51,900 bases of DNA from Craspedostauros australis (taxonomy: Eukaryota): the NCBI GenBank assembly GCA_030167865.1, contig JALAGF010000317.1, positions 1 through 51,900 of the forward strand, in the 5' to 3' direction. Both the position numbers and the translations under genes were made by a program. Shown in pieces: positions 45,298 through 51,900 of this stretch (position 1 is its first letter; every line of letters starts with the position of its first letter). The notes beneath the pieces are model-generated. The model had not been told where the DNA came from. It ran no database searches and worked only from the letters and a program-made list of their open reading frames with translations.

Positions 45298-47369
45298 CTT
45301 GTCTCCGTTCTCAAGCTGGTGCCTGTGAAGCAAGATCTCACAAACAATCAATTGCGTTTGCGGCACGAACACGATGCAGCGCGGCGCAGCGCAGCGCAGT
45401 GGAGAGTAGTTGAGGAAGAGTGCGTGATTGCTTGGAGTAGAGTGCTCTCTTCTTGTATACTACTTTTGCATGGTGGAATGTGGCACAGTTCTCGCCAACG
45501 AATCCAACAATTGAAAGGAGCTCAAACATCTCACGCGGGAGAGGATCTCTGCCGTTCGTTGTTTGTCACCATTGTCGGATGCGAAATTTCGCGCCATTTT
45601 CGTGTTGTTCCCATATTGAGGTCGATTGAGTCAAACAGCCGTCGTAAACAGGATTCGTCTGTCACTCGAAGTCGGAAGTAGGATTCGGATGAGTCATGTT
45701 AGAATCGATTTCTTTCGATTCCGTCACTCGCGTCACAAAATTGAAGGTCGCTCCATCTTCTTCACGGTCGCCCCTCATCCATGGCGAGTAAGAGGATGAG
45801 AGGCAAGCTGGAATGCCCTGACTTGGAGGAGCTCAAAGTGTGCTTTAATTGGGAGGGTTGGGGATACTTGGCGCTGCAATGATCATCTTACTTGTGCCCG
45901 TATTGTGTTGTCGTACTCCATGTCGACTGATCTCGTTGCGTTGCAGAGTGCGAGTATTCAAATCAATTCTCTTGCGTCTCGTTGTCGTCGTGATGCTGTT
46001 CTCAATGCCCTCTTTCTTCATCAAACGCTTGGGGAGAAGTCATAAAAACGGCACTCGAGACGAATATTCAAGCTTCAGTGTGCATGGATTCAGGACCATC
46101 TCTGCGTTATGGTGACGGAGATCAACCAAATGGCAATGGGGGCATCGGCGGTGTTCGCTGCGCAAGTGACTTGATCGGTCACAGGCAATGCGCTGAAGTG
46201 AGATGTTTTCAACGTGAGGAATATTTTTCTTTGATGCCATTGCAAGGTCGCGTTGCGAGGAAGTGGCCTTTGTACTCGGTAGGGGGTGTTACTTGTTCAT
46301 GCGACTTGTGGAAATGATGCGACTGCACTTTGTTTTGAACTCTCCATGACAACGATGCGGCTGGCACCGCTGCGTCCAACCATGAGAGGCATGCCCATGC
46401 GTTGTCCTTGATTCCACGGACACCAGGGCAACGATAAATTGTGGACTTACCACGAACGTTCTGTGCACGTGCGGCCGTTTGAGCAGAGCATGTCGAATTT
46501 GCTGTCGGCGCACGGAATGCGCATCAATCTTGCGATCTGTCGTTCAGTCATATGGCAGAGTGGTATGGACCGTGCCATCGTCATCGCTCTCTTCAAGCGC
46601 TTCGATGTATGCTGCACAAATCGCATCTGTGTGACGTTCCATTGACTTGAAGAAACGGCGACATCGTCCTCTTCGGCCGCGCTGCCTTTGCCCTGCTGGT
46701 GTCGCATTGCTGGATACCACACCACACCATGCCATGCAATACCACATTATGCCATACGAAGACGAGGAGCACCCTCTTTTGATCGATAGTATCCCTCCTC
46801 GGATGCGCATGCGCATGCGCACGGTGCTTGGTATGCCGATGCCCAGGCCATCTGTTGAATCCCAATGAGTTCTTCCACCATGGTGCAGAGTTGAGTACTG
46901 CACTTCATGACTTCAGAATTGGAATGGCAGCATCTGGCGCATCCCATTCCACTCGAGTGAGAGGCAGGATGCAATGCCACTGTGTCTTCATGGATCATCA
47001 TGCTGGTGCGAGCACCTGATGAGTCCGGATGGTCGGCACTTATCACTCGTAGACTTGCGCGCTTCAATGCCCATCAATCGTTTCGTTTCGCGTCACAGAG
47101 CAGAAGTTGATGAGCCTCGACCGCTTCCCTACCAGCATTCACATGTAGAGTAAAATCGAGGCTGTTTCGGTGTGGTTGCATTTGGGACTGCGCCTGCAAA
47201 CGCAACTGCGTCCTTGCCGTTCATCTGTGATCATCAGATGGATGGGATGAGATGGATGGATGGCCATGGCCGGAGCCAGTTCTTTGCGCTTCCTCCTGGT
47301 GACGGAGGTTGGTTTGGTCTTGTGCCAAGACGATGGTCGTTGTTTTGCAAAAGGTTCGGTTGCGAGCCA

Positions 47370-47674
47370 TGACGTCAACATGTTGTTCGGGACTGGCGTC
47401 AAATACGGGACTGAAGTGATGTGGTTCGGCATGATGACGTCAACGTTGCGTCGCAACACCAAAACGTGTGGTGCGTTTTCCACCAAACAAAGATGAATGA
47501 TGACATCAGCAAGTGACGTCAGTTGACGGATACGTTGAAAATAACACGATGCAACACGAGCAACAACAGGAACACGTTGGGCGCCTGTGCCGCATCATCG
47601 AGTGTTCGCAAAGACGGCAAGTTGAACAGGGAAACGCACGACAAAGATCCACATCGAAGTCATGGCGTTGACGT
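47370..47674. promoter_or_regulatory. Cluster of CRE/CCRE-type bZIP sites upstream of the iota-CA
   Basis: TGACGTCA at 47370, 47435 and 47514; TGGCGTCA at 47394; TGACATCA at 47501; TGACGT at 47669. All lie 180-490 bp before the ATG. Confidence 0.7.
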
Positions 47675-47856
47675 TTCGTCTTTGGATGGCTTCGCGTAAA
47701 GCAACGCACAACGGTGGATAACAGTAGACAACAACGCACATCTACGCACATCTACGCACATCGAAGCGACGAAACAAAAATCAATCTGGCATCACTCCTC
47801 AATCCACTCACAAATCACAAAAGCCGCAACCCACAACGCCCAACACAATTGCCAGA

Positions 47857-49260
47857 ATGAAGTTCGCAAAGACCGCCCTTGTCCTCGCCGCCACGGCCCT
47901 GGCCGCTGATGCCTTCGTGCCAACCGCACCAGCCTTCGCTGCCCGCAGCAACGGCCTCCAGATCGTCGATACCGAGATCGCCACCGAGTCCTCCACCGCC
48001 CTCAACATGGGCCTCAGAACCTTCTTCCGTCGCAAGCCAGCCGGAACCGTCGATGCCCCACAGGACATCTCCGAGGAGGAGGTCCGCGCCCTCTTCTCCC
48101 TCTGGAACGACTCCCTCGCCACTGGTGACTCCCGCATCGTCGCCAAGCGTTACGCCGCCGAGCCAGTCCTCCTCCCAACCGTCTCCGACACCCCAAGAAC
48201 CGAGTTCGACACCATCAAGGACTATTTCGATGCCTTCCTCCTCAAGAAGCCACAGGGCAAGATCGTCGATGGAAACATCAAGATCGGCCACAACTGGGCC
48301 CAGGACACCGGAATCTACGAGTTCACCATGGGTGTCGACGGATCCCAGGTCATGGCCCGTTACTCCTTCGTCTACGTCTACGAGAACGGCAACTGGAAGA
48401 TCTCCCACCACCACTCCTCCGTCATGCCTGAGGGCATCGCCATCGGACAGGACATCACCGAGGCCCAGGTCCAGAACCTCTTCCACCTCTGGAACGACGC
48501 CCTCGCCACCCTCGACTCCACCGCCGTCGCCAACCGTTACTCCAAGCAAGCCGTCCTCCTCCCTACCGTCTCCGACGTGCCACGCACCGACTTCGACCTC
48601 ATCAAGGACTACTTTGACAACTTCCTCCAGAAGAAGCCCCAGGGTGAGATCCTCGAGTCCAATGTCTTGATTGGAACCAACTGGGCCCAGGATGCCGGAA
48701 TCTACGAGTTCACCATGGGTGTTGACGGCTCCAAGGTCAAGGGACGTTACACCTTCGTCTACGTGTTCGAGGACGGACAGTGGAAGATCTCCCAGCACCA
48801 CTCCTCCGTCATGCCTGAGGGCATTCCAAAGGGCGCCGAGCCCATCACCGAGGACCAGGTCAAGAACCTCTTCTACCTCTGGAACGACGCCCTTGCCACC
48901 CTCGACCCAAAGGCCGTTGCCAACAGATACGCCAACAACGCTGTCCTCCTCCCAACCGTCTCCGACGTGCCGCGCACTGACCCAGACCTCATCGAGGACT
49001 ACTTCGTTGGCTTCCTCCAGAAGAAGCCCCAGGGTGAGATCCTCGAGTCCAACGTCATGATCGGACACAACTGGGCCCAGGATGCCGGAATCTACGAGTT
49101 CACCATGGGCGCCGATGGCTCCAAGGTCAAGGGACGTTACTCGTTTGTCTACGTCTTCGAGGACGGCGAGTGGAAGATCGCCCACCACCACTCCTCCGTC
49201 ATGCCAGAGGCCTTCCTCGGTGAGGCACCAAAGCCAAAGGTCAAGGCTGCCTCGGAGTAA
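47857..49260 (+). CDS. Iota-class carbonic anhydrase (LCIP63-like; 3 tandem COG4875/CaMKII-association-like domains), plastid-targeted, 467 aa
   Basis: Signal peptide ending ADA-F followed by a transit peptide. Three repeats of 'LF.LWND.LAT...Y...VLLPTVSD.PR...DYF..FL.KKPQG...DAGIYEF...RY(S/T)FVY...WKI.(H/Q)HHSS.MPE'. Strong C-ending codon bias. Confidence 0.93.
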   Translation: MKFAKTALVLAATALAADAFVPTAPAFAARSNGLQIVDTEIATESSTALNMGLRTFFRRKPAGTVDAPQDISEEEVRALFSLWNDSLATGDSRIVAKRYAAEPVLLPTVSDTPRTEFDTIKDYFDAFLLKKPQGKIVDGNIKIGHNWAQDTGIYEFTMGVDGSQVMARYSFVYVYENGNWKISHHHSSVMPEGIAIGQDITEAQVQNLFHLWNDALATLDSTAVANRYSKQAVLLPTVSDVPRTDFDLIKDYFDNFLQKKPQGEILESNVLIGTNWAQDAGIYEFTMGVDGSKVKGRYTFVYVFEDGQWKISQHHSSVMPEGIPKGAEPITEDQVKNLFYLWNDALATLDPKAVANRYANNAVLLPTVSDVPRTDPDLIEDYFVGFLQKKPQGEILESNVMIGHNWAQDAGIYEFTMGADGSKVKGRYSFVYVFEDGEWKIAHHHSSVMPEAFLGEAPKPKVKAASE

Positions 49261-50191
49261 GTGGCAAACATGATGCACCCAATCCAACAGCAACATCACC
49301 GCCACAACTACCATCATCAACGCCAACAAGATCCCAACCTTCCAGCACGTGTGGAACCGGAAAAAGATGATCGACGACAACAACGACTGCCAAAAACATT
49401 CCACACCGTCTGTGGCAACTGCTTTGCCATAATGTACGCACAGTGACGCAATGCCTTTTGTAATTGTAGAAAGCTACACCAATTTTTTTGCGAACTTCCG
49501 ATTGTATTCGTCTGAAATACGAGGTGTTGTGCATACTTGTGCGTGCATCGTTATGATTGCTCCACTCGACGCACCCATGTCTGACATGCCCCCACACTAG
49601 TGTATCTTGTCAGGATGGCATCGGCAACAGAGTGAGGTCAACGCCTGCAACAGGCGATTCCAAAACAATGCAGCGACATTACATAGAATGGTACCGACTT
49701 GGGCAGCCATTTGAGGGACAATTCTCGTTGTCGATTGGACCATTTTGTACTGAGTCCATAGTACATACTCGTGCGTAAGGAAAAGCATGGAGGAAGCATC
49801 AAACCGCAGACCATGAAGGGATCCAATGGAGCCAAAAGGCCAAAGGTGAGACGATGTTCATCACCCTCTCTGCTCGCATTCCATCAGAATGAAATACTGC
49901 CCTTCCTCAGATCAACACCTCTTGCTCTGTTCCACTTCGTTTCATCTCAGTTCGTTCGTACCCAACACTCCGCACACCTCAGACCTGGACACGACGAGGA
50001 CCTGCATTCCACGTTGATGGTCCTCCTTGACAAGCCGTGCATGGCATGAGTACATGGTCGTACCATGCCAAGAGGCACCATGCGATACCATACAGCATCC
50101 AATCATTCAACCATTCAAACAATCATCAAATCAAACAATCATCCAACTCCCATCCAGCAACCCCTCAGCAGCAATCGACTACCATCTCAAC

Positions 50192-50344
50192 ATGCCAGAT
50201 GTCACAAACAAGCAACTCTTTGCTGCTACCAGCACAGGCGAACTGTCAGCATTGAAGAAATGGAAGAAGCGGAATGAAAGACATGATATCAACAAGGTGG
50301 CAAGCAGCCGGGGTTGTACTCTGCTTCACTATGCACGTGCGTGA
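50192..50344 (+). pseudogene. Ankyrin-repeat gene remnant in CpG-poor sequence
   Basis: MPDVTNKQLFAATSTGELSALKKW....DINKVASSRGCTLLHYA resembles ankyrin repeats. The frame then stops. Confidence 0.4.
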
Positions 50345-51900
50345 GGGAAGTGACAATGAGGATGGTTGCTGAAGATGCACATTCTTCGTTTACCCATGGA
50401 GATTCCAGTGAGTTGTGTCAGAAGCCTCAGCTGATGGGAGACATCCATTCCCTCTGCCGTGGTGGAATGATGAGCAACAGATTTGATGACGAGTGTAGTG
50501 CGATGTCCATGGTGGAGTTGTGCAGGGTTCTGGATGAAGATGAGGGTACTGGGCAAGTTGATTTGTACATGAATTGTGGCATGTTGGCAGACTTTGTGAA
50601 CTTCATCAAATCATCCTGTGGACAGCTGAGACTGGTGCCAAGAAAGAGAAAGAGGGGCAAAGTGGAACACTGTAGCAGCGGCCATGGGAAGCCAGCATGC
50701 AATGGAATTGAATACTCCAGACGGCTTGCTTAGTCATCACAAAGTATCTCTAAAGGCAAGCGATTGACTTATGATCAGAATTACATTCGTTAGAATGATG
50801 GATGTGACTGTGAGTGGGCAAGGAGCTTGGAATATCAGCAGCATCGAACCTCAGCCAGAGTCACTATTGGCACTTTCGTTGCAACCACATCGTTGGGTTG
50901 TTGTGATATGCAAGCATTTATTCAGTTGTTCGGACCAGCCGTGGGCAGCTGGTGAGCAGACAAGTGAGGAAAAAGCCATGCACCTTACCAATTTCACTTT
51001 GGTCAAGCTTGATGCAACTGAAGTGCACCTTTGCCATATCCAGAGGAGTTCCAACACTTGTGCCCTCATCACTGTGTCTAAGATGCTCTGAATGATCACT
51101 TCATGAAGCTTGTGAATGCCACGATGGCATCTGACTCAACACGTGTGGGTGGCTCTTGATCTGGATTTGGTGCGCAATTGGGATCAAGCTGAGCAATAAG
51201 AGAGAACAAGGGATGGCATGCAAGCAGGAGAGCGACCAAGGTGATGTCATGTGACACCAATTGAAGTTTGTCACTCATGTGATCAAGTATGTGCTGACAG
51301 CGAAACCATGCTTACCTGGCTCTACTCCTCCATTGTCTTGGATTGTTGCTGTTGGAGTGTGCAAGGCTTGCTTTGGTCCAACCAATTGGTTGGATTTGTA
51401 AATATTCTGGTGCTCAAAGCAATGCATTTTGTGTGCAATGCATTGGTACCATATGATGAATCGGTGCCAAGCTGTTGTTTCTTGCATCTCAGGACCAATT
51501 CGCCTCAGGGTGCATGTCTTGAGCAATGCTCCAGCTTGACAACTTGGCCAAAGGCATCATTGGATAAAAGATGTGCGGCATTGGCATCAACACTGAGCCA
51601 TCGCACACATCTCCAGCATGATGCGTGATCCAGTCTCAGCTGTGTCGTCCGTCAGCTTCACGTTTCTGTACAACGCGTGCATCCTCCACTCGAACTTGTT
51701 CAGATGGGGGAATTGAAGCACCAGCCACCGCGCTCATCATCTTGACGGCATTTGCGGAAGGAGGTGTGCTCAGGCGGATATTGCTATTGTGGTAGTCGGA
51801 TATCATGGTGTGCGAGGTGTTCTGTGGGAAGTGCACAACAAGGGAAACGAGCGTGATGGAAAAGCTATCACAGCAACCAAGTCGCTCGCACCAACAGTCA

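Noticed and set aside
47815..49404. 529-aa ORF antisense to the iota-CA
   Set aside because: Shadow ORF. The sense gene's codon bias avoids TTA, CTA and TCA, so the reverse frame lacks stops. The translation is typical V/L/G-rich antisense.

Overview
Eukaryotic nuclear DNA, almost certainly from a diatom or related ochrophyte. The evidence is GT-AG introns, DUF6824 proteins, and an iota-class carbonic anhydrase with a signal peptide plus 'ADAF' plastid-targeting motif. I could assemble frame-consistent models for about 13 genes: SDH1; a two-HIG1-domain (Rcf2-like) protein; two DUF6824 proteins; a 1680-aa PDZ-like/SYLF/PH-like/VASt protein; a Ser-rich protein with a SAM-like domain; a small Pop8/Rpp14-like protein; an HSP90-N-like + DUF2009 (UPF0652) fusion; a secreted Cys-rich/PST-rich protein; a 2OG-Fe(II) oxygenase; a BIN4-like topoisomerase VI accessory protein; a three-repeat iota-CA; and one unknown. 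There is also a SABATH-type methyltransferase pseudogene, probable DNA-transposon ends, and a CpG-poor tail with an ankyrin remnant. The most notable items are the degenerate HSP90 ATPase domain fused to DUF2009, the SYLF-PH-VASt architecture, and three perfect TGACGTCA palindromes upstream of the iota-CA. All domain calls are by eye from motifs; no searches were run.
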